NCBI GenBank assembly: GCA_040954595.2 | Contig: CM082583.2 | Location: forward strand, 12,201,222 to 12,265,221 | From: Balanoglossus misakiensis | Lineage: Eukaryota > Animalia > Hemichordata | Direction of reading: 5' to 3' | Length of the DNA: 64,000 bases | Shown: piece by piece, positions 15,301 through 26,477 of the stretch | Layout: every line of letters starts with the position of its first letter | Numbering within the stretch: position 1 is the stretch's first letter | Notes under the pieces: model-generated | Databases searched by the model: none | The model's input: only the letters and a program-made list of their open reading frames with translations | What the model was told of the DNA's origin: nothing | Position numbers and translations under genes: made by a program

Positions 15301-18300
15301 CGGCTTTTGTCATTTGTCAATGATGCATTGATGAGCCACACGCACGTGTACTCCAGTCAGTTGTATTTCTGTCACGAAAGCATCCACCACGAATTTCCAA
15401 TAAATAAATACATGTAAATACTATATATCGATTCTTGCATTAATGCTATGAATATTTGGCGGACACACGGGGTCGTCGTCAAGACGATTTTAGCTGCCAT
15501 GATGCACTGTCTGTGCAGACACTTGAATGTTTTTGCGGCACTGCTCACGTGATAAATTCTCGGCATGCTTTGACAGACGCGCATTCAGTCGTGTCATCCC
15601 CAAGAACCCAGCTGCACCAAGAAGCGCGTGAAATGGGTGGGTCGTTTACCCCACATGTAAGCATATGCCGTCACAAACAAAAAATAAAGAAAATGAGGAT
15701 TGATTGGAGGGACTTGTACACATGCACGGCCCATGTGGATTGTGCTAAACTTAAGTAAACATGTACACGATGCGAGAACAAACGCCGCCCATACGCAGAC
15801 GATGTTTGGTATACTGTTCTGCATCAGCGAGAATCTCTTATGTTCATTTTTGCTTGACTTGAGGACGTCGCGACCTTTGACCGATGTTCTAGAGGAATAC
15901 GGGACCCCTCCGACAAAGGGCTACTTGTGTCCCGTTTTGGCAGATTTGTATGGCCGGGATAGTGGTGAGGTTTTGTCGAAATCGGCCATTATAGGCTGTC
16001 AGAGGAAAACACTTGCCTGGATCACGCAATAGATAACGTGTTGCATGCATTCTTGTGCGAATTGCGAGGAAAGATGATGTACGGCCGCAAAAATACGATT
16101 GGCGTTGCAGGCCACAAGTTTTGCACTAAGTTTCAAATACAATATTTGCGTTGGATGTAGTCGACATTTTGGATTATAATAACTTCCATAAATCACCGTC
16201 CAGGAAGAAACATATATTTGTCTCAAGCTGTCACGGTCGATTTTTTTGCACAAATAGGTTGTAAATTTAAGAGTCAAATCTGGCAGCAGAAGCGTCGCAT
16301 TTTCCACCAAAACCATGCTATTGTCAAGGAAACCGTGTGGTGCCATGGTTCGAGACATATGCCACCACTTTCAGCGAAGATCCATTTCGTCAGGACAAAA
16401 AAGGGTCGGTTGAAATATGACGGTACCGGGGTTTTAGGTATCACGTCTTTTTTTAACCCAATAACTAATAGAACCCGAAACCTTCCTTTGTCCTCCGCGA
16501 GATAGGGGACTAAAATTCACAATCCCCATTAACATTTAGAAGTGCCGTTTTATGATCGCCAAGCGATATATTATGATCTCCAAGGCACGCGGTCGTTTCC
16601 AGTGCAACGCGCGGTCCTATCAGATTTCTTCCATTCTTAAGATATTGTAATGTAATTACTGCTCGGTTCTGCACCGAGTGCCGTCTATGGATTTTTAATC
16701 AAAGAATCGAAAAGACGACGAGATTACAGAATGAAAGACAATAGACAGGCTAATATTCCATGCGTGTCCCCCCGGGATTTGAAGCAAGGGTATGAACTTT
16801 GATGGCCGATTACCCTACGCGTCTGCATCTCTGTGACTGTGCTCCTTCTGCGACTTGAAATTTTAAGGTCCACTATATGAATACATACATATGACTTGGT
16901 GAAAAACAGAAAATTGGGCATGTTGGGATACTAGACACTCTTAGCAATTTCCTCACAAACAATTTGCGTCTGACGATGCAAATTCAACATTTTTTAATTG
17001 GAGACAAATTTGTGGAATCGCGTCCTTTGACATACGATGTCAATAGAGGGCGCACCAGCCCACGGTTTGTAATGATTTTCCCTTGTGCGAACATATAGCA
17101 GTATTGCTCGGTTAAAGAAATGGCACGAGGTTGAATTATACTAACTTTAAAAATAAACCAATATTGCAAATATGGGCAATAATCGAATGTATCTTATGGT
17201 TGCTAAACTCCAGCTCTCAAAAACCGAAAATCTCATATGTCATATGGTAAGGTATGGGAGTCGCATTCTCATCCCGACATCTTTTAGTATAAACTTCTAC
17301 AAATATTTTCTCTTTACTACATAAAGTTTTACCCATTCCCTCCAACAATATTATCCGTCTTAAATATAAAATTACCAACCCCGTGACAGATATTATCGTA
17401 TTTTCCCCCAAGGAGCCTGCACACGAGAAAATTATCAAGACTAAATTGAAAAGTCGGGTTGCTGGCTATCACAGCGTATAGCACCTGGAGTGATTTCGCA
17501 TTCACACATACAGAAATTCTTGTCATTTTTCACTGGTACATTGTTATAGATGAGCAAGCTCGCCCGAAATGGTGTTCATGCGTTTCAGTCGTTCCTCATG
17601 GGGGTCGGTGCTTCCCGTTGGCGACTTGTAGCGATGGGCCATGCGGGATGCAGATGAGGGACCTGGGCACTAAATCTTGCGGAGGCGGCGGAGCAAAATC
17701 TCGCTTTGCGGTCGAGTTCGCGTCCCGGCGAGGGTGTCGAGCGGTGTGAGGACAGCGCGAGAATTTAATCGTTCGCCTTGGGTCGCCACAAGTGTGCCAT
17801 TAACAAGTGTTGTCTCGTATTCCATCTGCCACGTGTCATTAGCACTTCCCACTTCTTTATCTTGAAGACAATTAGCACCGTTTCGTTGAAGTCACTTCGA
17901 TCGATGGACCGAAAATGATATTCACGGCTGGCGCTGAAGGCGGTCTGGTGGGAAAATTAATGTCAAAAGCGAGTTTCTGAAGTGTGGTGCCGTGTTTGCC
18001 CCCCGGTTTGTCCCGAACGACGAAAAACTTAACCAAATGTCGACAAAAACGCGCAAGATTTAGTCGCTCGGGGCGGGCATTTGAAGAGAATCCCACAAAA
18101 AAATTGACTATCCGAACCACAAAAACCGAGCTCCCCACGAATGCATTCATGAAAATTATGGACCAATCTAAGAAGAGTACCCATCACCCTGTCAGAGAAC
18201 ACACCTAACAAATCATACATTCAACAGTTATCTCTCGTTTCATCCACATACTTTTTGTAGACAGTTTTCTACAAATAACTTTGACGGGGAGGGGGGGGGG

Positions 18301-18663
18301 GAAGACCAGTGAAAGTATGTTGGGCCGAGAAATGGCAATACCAAAAACATGACCATGTGTGTCTCTCTCATTCGGCTGATGGAAATACAATGTAGTGGTT
18401 CATCCACATTAAGGTAACCGTATTTGATTAATTTCCATCTATGATGCAAATTATGACCTTTCAATGTTAACAACACACCTCTGCACTAGACATGCAAATG
18501 TAATATTATTTTCTCACACCTGCGGTTTATGTCTCTATTTTGCACAAAAGTCGCCAGTGACACAATTGTGCGAAGATATCACCGGCAGACTGGATTTGTG
18601 GCTTTTATGACAGATTTGGTTGCTGCTTGTGGCAAAATAAAAAGAGAAATATACCAAACAAAT

Positions 18664-18669
18664 TTTATT
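18664..18669 (-). terminator. Candidate polyadenylation signal for MRPS11
   Basis: AATAAA on the - strand about 80 nt after the stop codon. Confidence 0.5.
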
Positions 18670-18747
18670 TCCTGGCACACAAAAAACCCACACAAACACC
18701 AACGGTGATCCATTCCAGCATACGACAGAAGAGATGTCGTCGCTTGA

Positions 18748-18855
18748 TCAGATTCGTCGAGCCTTGCGTGGCCGGCAGCCGTTGACAGATATCGGCGTGT
18801 TGTCGGTGATGGACACAATTTCAAGTCCTCCCATCTGAAGGCCTTTTATCGATGC
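18748..18855 (-). CDS. MRPS11: MRPS11 terminal coding exon 7
   Basis: tttttttgccag acceptor; [35 protein letters not shown] then TGA. Confidence 0.95.
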   Translation of the reverse strand, partial: ASIKGLQMGGLEIVSITDNTPISVNGCRPRKARRI

Positions 18856-21800
18856 CTGGCAAAAAAAGAGAAAGAAAGAAATTACATCAGGCAATAAATC
18901 ACTAGCTTATATCAGCCCATCAATCAAGTTAGGCAGGGATTATTTCAAAATAAAATACCTTGATAACTCACCTATATTTGGCGCTTTGAAAGCGTGTGGA
19001 TTACGAGTATTTGCATTGGTAAATAGGACAAACAGATAATGAGTATATATACGTTATCCACTGCCTACATCATAACGACATTATATCATCATTCAAATAT
19101 CCATCGTAATAAATGATGACAACTGCTTCACGTACGCCTCTGAAAGGTAATCATGCTCAGGTCGTTCTTTTAATGCTTTCTTTCAGATGGTTGGATCCTC
19201 TTCGTAATTGCGTCTGGAATGGAAGTCTCGCAACCGACCCTAGTTTCTTTAGCCAAATTATGCCCTCTGTGGTCAAATTCCAAACAGAAAATGAAACGAA
19301 CAGCACGTATCTAGATGTCAGCTCAGCAGACAAGAAGCGAAATTCTCCGCCACCTTTCACCTCTCAAAAACAGCAATATTAGTTATCTATGCTGTTTGTT
19401 TTCAGATAAGATCTACATTTCGTGATCAGATTGCTAAACAAAGCAAATGCATTTTAACCAAAAAAATAGATACTTCTGACTGTATTATTAACTGAACATG
19501 CACGGCAGTGTGCACAATCCGTAAATTACTCAAATTACGGATCAATTCGAGCAGAAGATAGCATCTAGGCCGTGTTCCACATTTATTACAACTGAAGTTA
19601 ATTCAAAATACTGATAAAAAAAAGAAATGACATTATAAATCACTACGATGAAATGAAATCCAATTTCTTAATGAAAACATTCCTTTGAGCTATGTTTTTT
19701 TCTCATATTCTGAATTTTTTTTCTTTGAAATTAAAGAAAAGCATTGGCATCGGAATATGTTGGTCATCCACAGATGGAGAGAAATTTTGAATTCAGGGGT
19801 TACAGGTCAGTATTCATATCATATGCAAATAATTAATAGGTATATTAGCTCATCTCCTGTATATAATGAATTGCAAGTTGATAGTTAATTAATGACTGAG
19901 AAATTAAAAAAAAACAGAACTGCATAATTTAATTTTACCGTTATGTTTTAATAAAACATGGAGCAGCTGTGCTGACTCTTTTTTGACATTTGCTTATATG
20001 TCGCAAGAATATTCCTGGGTGGATGAGTTAACATGGTAAGCCTTCATCACAGTGTAGACTTTCACCCGAATGCGCTGCTGCAATCATTGTGATCTCGGGA
20101 ACAGATTACGATAAAAACAAATAAAATATGTGGTGCACATTTCAAGGGTTCTTTTAAAGGATGATTACATTATACACGTATGAGGATGTTAATAAAACAT
20201 ACTAAAGCATTGCCACGGCAATTTTCATTACGTCATCACTCGACTGATGACGTACGTAACGCCATGAAATAACAGGCTGGTCATAAATTGTTCTGTGGTT
20301 ACCATACACTGTATTTTTTTTATTTTTCAGTCGCTGAATATTGAATCTTTTACATCCCAACTGTTGCCTTGTTGCCAGTGATTCCCTAAGGTGCCTTACT
20401 TAGAATACATCTGGCTTCCAGACTCAGGTTCGACCTCCATTGTTTGCAATGGTCTGGTTGGCTTTATGTACACAGAATTGCTGAATGTGTAACATTTTGG
20501 GGGATGTATGTAGGTGTCTGTATTTGTGTATGTGTGTGTGTGTGTGTGACAGAGACAGAGACAGAGAGAGGGAGAGAGAGCATTGAAAATAGAAGGTACA
20601 GTTGATGTTTCAATAAACTAACACAAACCTGTCGACCGGGGCCAAGACCTTTGACCATAAGGCGGATACATTTGATGCCTTTGTCCACAGCTTTCTGAAG
20701 AAAAAAACAAAAGACAGAAAAGTGGGTTTTGTATTCCGAAAAATGCACTGCTAAATGACATACTAGGTATTTACAAACTGCACTGTAGAATAACAATAAA
20801 ATGCTATTGTCTAACAAAGCATACAGCTTGAAGGGTTCTCTCTCTCCATTAAGTGGGTCATTGTTCTGTTAAGTTTGGGAGTTTTTATTGCGAGTGAACA
20901 GACCTGTACAAAACAAGACTTTCCCACATCAATTAAAAAGAGCGTTTATTCATTTCAGTACCAGTTGCTAATCCTGAATAGTTTTATGTACGCCCAAATT
21001 GGAATGCCAAGTTCATGGCAAGTCTGATCTTGTTCGCAGAAAACTTGCCATTATGTTACCTGGATGTATCTGTTCAAATCCAGGGAAGGATCAAAACACA
21101 CACTACATTCTACGTAGCTGCATTACTTAAACATTGTTGCACAATCACACACATCTCTCTTTAGAAATTATCCCACTTGAGATTAAATTCCCCGGCCCTC
21201 CCCCTCGCTCCCTGGTACGTTTCTGCCCAGAAAACTATGTTTGAATTGCCAGGTACTGATATTTGATGATTGTAAAACAAGAAATATCTGTATAAAGTTA
21301 TCTCAACAACAGAAGTGAAAAACAGACAAAGATGTGGACTGACAGATACGTAAGAAGATTGAGGGAACAACGAGAGCCGTTTGGCATCGCGGCAACCATG
21401 GAAACTGGGAGACAGATGGAGAGCGACACACACAGAGAAGGGGACTGTGACAGTCTGTGATTGTGAATTAAGACGGCGCAATTTACAGCCTGAAATATGA
21501 TCACTGGGAGAGGCAATTTTATAGAGAGGTTAAGAGCAAACGCCAAAGAACACATTAAAGCCTCTGGAGAAAGATGATAAATTAACTAATTGCTAACTGA
21601 CATCAAACTAATGAAGAGGGATTGAGGGATTAATTAATAAAACATTAACTGGGTAAACTTGAAATATTAGCTTGGTTTTAAAGAGTTCCCTCGGTCGGCG
21701 CATGCACGCTTTCAAATTCGCCATCACCGCCGAAAAAATTACCCCCATTTGTTCTCATTAGGGGTTTCTGCAAGAGTTAGAACAGTATTGTCCACAAAAA

Positions 21801-24800
21801 AGGGGGAATTATGCAAAAAGTGATACAATCAATTGATAATTAATTAGAAAATGAGAATGGTGTGTCTGAGTAAAGCATGGTTTGACCTTAGTTAGAGGAA
21901 AATCTTGCGTACATTGCCGGTGTGACAGAACAATGGGTTGGTAAATTTACATGCAGGTGGCGGAGACAGCCTGGCGCCGTAATGGAGCTAACATAGTCTG
22001 TTTACAATGGTGATGAATATGTAGTAGGCAGTCAGATGACAGGCCGTGCATATCAATATGCACTGAGAGATTGACCTGGGAAGTGTCCTCCGCACGATCT
22101 GTCATACATCACCGCGCTCACTCACTGCACATAAAAGGGGCGCTGGTAAATTTATGACTATTTTGAAAAGCCTAATTGACCTCACAGGGACAGGGATGGG
22201 GAGCTTGAATATGATTCATATTTCATACACACCACCATAACCATGGCGACGGCGTGAATCAGCGCATAAATTATTGACACAGGGTGCCTTGACAGATGAT
22301 TTTGTCGTCAACTGTTTCAACAACGCTTTCGAGTTGATCCGGTCTCGGTGTTTTTCTTTTCTGCACCAGACTGCATTGTTGTGCGCCAAATGAACAGACA
22401 ATTGGCGACATGACTACATGGAGGTAGGCGAGTGAGGCTTTTTTTTGATACGGCGCAAATGCCACGGTGCGGATGTTGCGCGAAATTTATGACCGTGCCT
22501 TCTGACATTTCAATCCCCTCAGCACCTTTCGCTGTTCGGTTTGTACTTTAGTGGAACAGAAAGGGCACTTGACACAAAGTCTCGGTAGAACTTTACACTC
22601 ACGGTAAAGTGTACCAGCAGAAACGCATACTTTGCTCTCAAGACCCGACAAATTGTGTCCTCAACAGCCGACCTTCGACCTCCAAGCTCATTTACTTCGA
22701 CAGGCCCCTGTCAAACCATTACGTGTCTTGCCCTACTGCAAAATGCATTGATTCCCCATCCAATCACGGTAGCCAAATTTTTTATTGCCTGTTTCACACC
22801 ATTGTTTACCCCATCAACGGTTGACCAGATTTCTTCAGGGGATAATAATTTTTCTGCTGTTTGTAAAATTACAAGGGGCCGGTTTGACCTCGCAAATGAT
22901 ATTCTAATGATCGTTTAATTTTCAACAGCAGTTACATGTAAAACACCAACATTCTAAAACCTTTTAAGTTCTGTACGACTCCTGAGAAAACAGGATCTTA
23001 TCCTTTCGACCAAATACTTGCCAAAATCATGATGTAGATCGGTCTTTCTGAGGCAGCGTAGAGTAAAGAACAGAATGTTCACTTTTGTCATATTGGATAA
23101 TATTTTAAAGATTATGTCAAACCAGCAAGGAAAGGGATGATTTAGAACGCGACCACACTGTACGAGAGAATGGGACATTTTATAGGTGTGTCAGGTGGAC
23201 CCTACGTATGCATTTAATTTACACACACACACCACTGTACATGCCCGCCCCATTCAACTCGATACCCTTCTGGCTTAGAACAGCCAAACCTCCAGAAAAA
23301 AATAACATGCATTAAAATCTCATTTCATTTCAGTGAACTAAGTTTGACAGTGATCCGAGTTCGGCCATGTTCATTTCTGTGACACATACATAACCAAGGA
23401 AACCGCCTGTTTTCTTGTTGTTGCTTTTTGTGTGGAAAACAACCGTTGCCAGGCGGGAATTTCAGAGTGGGGCTGGGCAGAGAACCGTCCACACACACCT
23501 CAACAAAGCAACAATACAAAGTGTTCACAAGAGTCAACAGTGCCTTTACATGCGCATTTAGTGTAATTAGTATATTCACTCGACATGAAAGGCAAAATAA
23601 ATCACCTTCCTTCACACCCATCGCCGTTGCCATGAGAACCGTGACATCAGACGCGTCCATTTCATCATTTTTTTTACTATCAGCTAAATCTGCTTTTGGA
23701 TTTGGCGTCTGTATTATATATATTTGATTTCTCATTGTTACAAGGAAGAGTGCGTGCCAGCGTTAAGGGATACGAAACCTTTTTTTTCTGGTCGTAAATT
23801 TCATACTGTCACTTTTGACAAAAAAATGACATGAAATTGATGAGTCTTTCACATATGCCAGAGCAGAAACGGACTATTTGTTTGATGTTCCAATATGACA
23901 CATAACTGTGGTGCCATCAATTTCAACTCAACTTCCCCTCAAAACTTAACACGGCTGCGACTGTTACAAACATGCATGTCTCTAAATTGTTTTGGCATTT
24001 ATTAGAGTCACTGCAGCATGTGGGTTTTATCACCAGGAAAACAATGTTAGACCCAGCCATACCTCTGTATGGCACCGGAAATTCTTTTGTTTCCAGAAGG
24101 ATGCAATGAAAAGAAATTGATGGGGAATGGTTCATTTTTTAGCTGGCAACATGTTTTCTTGACAATGTTGGAAAATGTTTTTATTTCATGTTTTGGCTGC
24201 TGACTATGCCATCAGCAGGCTGACGAGCGCCCTCGGGCTGAAGAGCGCCCCCAGTGTCACATTAAGCAATCTTCACCATTCCTTCGGAATTTTAAAGAAA
24301 TCTCTTTTCAGTGTTGGTCACAAATACTCACTGTTGCTGCTGCTATTGCTGCTGTCTGTGCTGCTACTCCGGTCGATTTCTTGGCATTTTTGAATCCCAC
24401 TGTCCCCTGCAAAAAAAGTAAACAGAAATATTAAGTCTCACATGGTTGAAAGGGCCTGTCCAAGTCCTTGAATGACTGGGTGGAGGTGCACTTTTTTGTG
24501 GGGCATTCACTTCTATCAGATAATATAAGAATATTGAGTTATACTTACACATGATGTCCTTAGTATACTCTTTGCTATAACAAAGATACAAAATATATAA
24601 AAGCATAAATTAGATCATTTGACCTGGTAGAAAATATCAGGTATCTTTCTTTTTCATCACTTAACAACTTGTAACTTGATTTACATCCTAAGGTGGAATA
24701 AAGCAAAGGGACTCTCATGTCATTCTTGTTATCTGTTTTTTTTTATTTTTTAAGTTTAATCGCTTCATAGCTGTCACTGGACTAAGAGTTTGACGAAAGA

Positions 24801-25934
24801 TGTACCAGGGGTAATTGAAATACGGCTACAGAACAATCCCTACTTTATCTCAATATGCACTCTCCTTGAATGATTTGTTGTCTGTTTGACACCTATTACA
24901 AAAATTGCCTTCTTTTTAAAATGAGTGGCTTCGGATATCGTTCTTTCTTGAAGTACAATTTATTCTTTGCAAGTGAGACTGTAAATATTTGAAGAGCTGG
25001 GGACAGAGCCGATGAATAATTTAGTGAATTAATCAGTAGGTTTTAGAAAGCAGAGAAAGCATGACTTTATTCTGGTGATATTTGTATGTGTCACACGGGA
25101 CGGGTAGGGCGAGTGAAGTAGTGAGCTGAGTCTCTCACTATGGAAATTCAATTATGTACTTACAATCTTTATCTGTGACGTTGATGTGTGTGTTATTGTA
25201 TGTCGCTTTGATGTACACAATGGGAAGCTCTTTGAATGGCACGCCGTCAAAGACGTGGCTGTCCGGTGATATAAGTCTACCCCTGGAACAGAGCATATCG
25301 TTAATAGATGTCAAGATTAGGTAATAGGGGAATTGAAACAGATACCATCAACCACTAGAATCAGCTATTAAAAAGAGTGGTGATTTCATGAATCACTGAT
25401 TTGTTGGGACAATTCTATATTCGAGCTGTCTCCTGACCTCATAAATGACATTGTAATAAACTTATTCTCATTTTGTTTTGTGGATTGTCCTGTTGTTGTG
25501 ACTTGTTCCCCTCCCCTCCCCCCCCCCCCACACTACCATCACCCCACCCCCAAAATAAACTCACCCAAGTGCTGCATCTGGGGCTTGCTCTTCTGCCGTG
25601 ACGTTGTCTTCAGTGCTTTCCACTACCTGTTCCGATGAGGCTGAATTTTCTTGTAGGTGTCTGTGGCAGATATGGAAGCTGCTGTGTGTTGTCTGTGGCA
25701 CTGTCATCCTGGTCTCCACTCTTGCATTCTGAAGAAGTACACTCCGACACAGAAGCCTGCATCCTCTTTGGAGGAAACTAACTGTAAACATTCAAAGGAC
25801 TTTTTTCAGTAAGTAGACCTTGACATTGATACAAAAATACTTTGTTGTTAGTTGTAGCAAAGACCACCGAAAGAAGAAACCACTTTCTTGGTTTATATAA
25901 CGTGTGGCACAAACTTACCAGTGGAGGACGCCAT
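18748..25934 (-). CDS. MRPS11: Mitochondrial small-subunit ribosomal protein uS11m, whole gene, 7 coding exons, 208 aa
   Basis: complement(join 25919-25934, 25565-25781, 25164-25282, 24549-24574, 24332-24406, 20629-20694, 18748-18855) = 627 nt, all GT-AG, phases consistent. Contains uS11 motifs [35 protein letters not shown] and [17 protein letters not shown]. The N-terminus is Arg/Leu/Ser-rich like a presequence. Confidence 0.95.
20531..20580. repeat. (TG)9 followed by a GA-rich microsatellite in MRPS11 intron 6
   Basis: Read directly from the sequence. Confidence 0.85.
20629..20694 (-). CDS. MRPS11: MRPS11 exon 6
   Basis: ttcttcag acceptor, gtttgt donor; [22 protein letters not shown]. 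Confidence 0.95.
24332..24406 (-). CDS. MRPS11: MRPS11 exon 5
   Basis: tttttgcag acceptor, gtgagt donor; [25 protein letters not shown]. Confidence 0.95.
24549..24574 (-). CDS. MRPS11: MRPS11 exon 4 (26-nt microexon)
   Basis: ctttgttatag acceptor, gtaagt donor; SKSILRTSC bridges phase 1 to phase 0 and supplies the conserved SC before GTxGF. Confidence 0.9.
25164..25282 (-). CDS. MRPS11: MRPS11 exon 3
   Basis: ttccag acceptor, gtaagt donor; [29 protein letters not shown]. Confidence 0.95.
25565..25781 (-). CDS. MRPS11: MRPS11 exon 2 (presequence and linker)
   Basis: tttacag acceptor, GG|GTGAGT donor, open frame [14 protein letters not shown]...APDAALG. Confidence 0.85.
25919..25934 (-). CDS. 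MRPS11: MRPS11 coding exon 1 (MASST)
   Basis: CAAAATGGCG start context, G|GTAAGT donor, phase 1 matches exon 2. Confidence 0.8.
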
Positions 25935-26343
25935 TTTGTGACCTATGACCTTCTGACCCCTGCCTTCTGACTCGCTTGGCCCCCTGTCCCATTCCCACCG
26001 CTGGCTGCGCTACGCTAAAAGGAAATTCGTCAATCTGTTGCACAAATTATAACATGATCTGTTTAGACATTTGTGATGGAAAAAACAGTACTACGACGTA
26101 CATATCTGAAGTTATTTCTATCTTTTTAAATTTACATGTAACGGTACACACAGCACAGTTACATGCATATGCATGCCACACCCACAGTTATAATGGTCTA
26201 ATCACTGAAGAATTGACCAATCAGAACACGACAGCAGTGCACCACTCCGCCATTTTGTATTGGTCCATGCTTATACACTGCTGTACATTGACACATACAC
26301 GTCTGGTGTAGGTTGTTGATTCACGGTAATATCAAGGGCTAAA
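25935..26343. promoter_or_regulatory. Bidirectional promoter and 5' UTR interval shared by MRPS11 and PDIA3
   Basis: 409 bp between divergent ATGs. YY1-type CGCCATTTTG at 26248-26257 (another overlaps the MRPS11 ATG), CCAAT 26217-26221, ATTGG 26259-26263, and TGACC half-site repeats 25939-25959. Confidence 0.8.
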
Positions 26344-26477
26344 ATGGAGAAATTTCTTCCACTGTTGCTTCTCTGTGGCGTTGCATTTGCCAGTGATGTT
26401 ATAGACTTAACTGATGATGATTTCGAAGACAGAGTTGCCGAACACGACATAATGCTCGTGGAATTTTTCGCTCCGTG
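26344..26477 (+). CDS. PDIA3: PDIA3 exon 1
   Basis: [45 protein letters not shown]; TG|GTAAGT donor. Confidence 0.95.

Noticed and set aside
16582-16593. AAGGCACGCGGT, identical to nt 2-13 of miR-124
   Set aside because: The 3' part diverges, and the local hairpin is under 40 nt with the match on the wrong arm. A 12-mer hit to some conserved miRNA is plausible by chance.
1140-18600. Dozens of 60-166 aa ORFs from the track in the desert, and similarly at 32-64 kb
   Set aside because: No recognisable domains, overlapping on both strands, composition typical of random non-coding frames, and no consistent splice chain.
21161-21481. Intronic ORF containing [12 protein letters not shown], reminiscent of the uS11 C-terminus
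   Set aside because: It lies upstream of exon 6 in transcript order, shows no nucleotide similarity to the true last exon, and the genuine exon is at 18748-18855.
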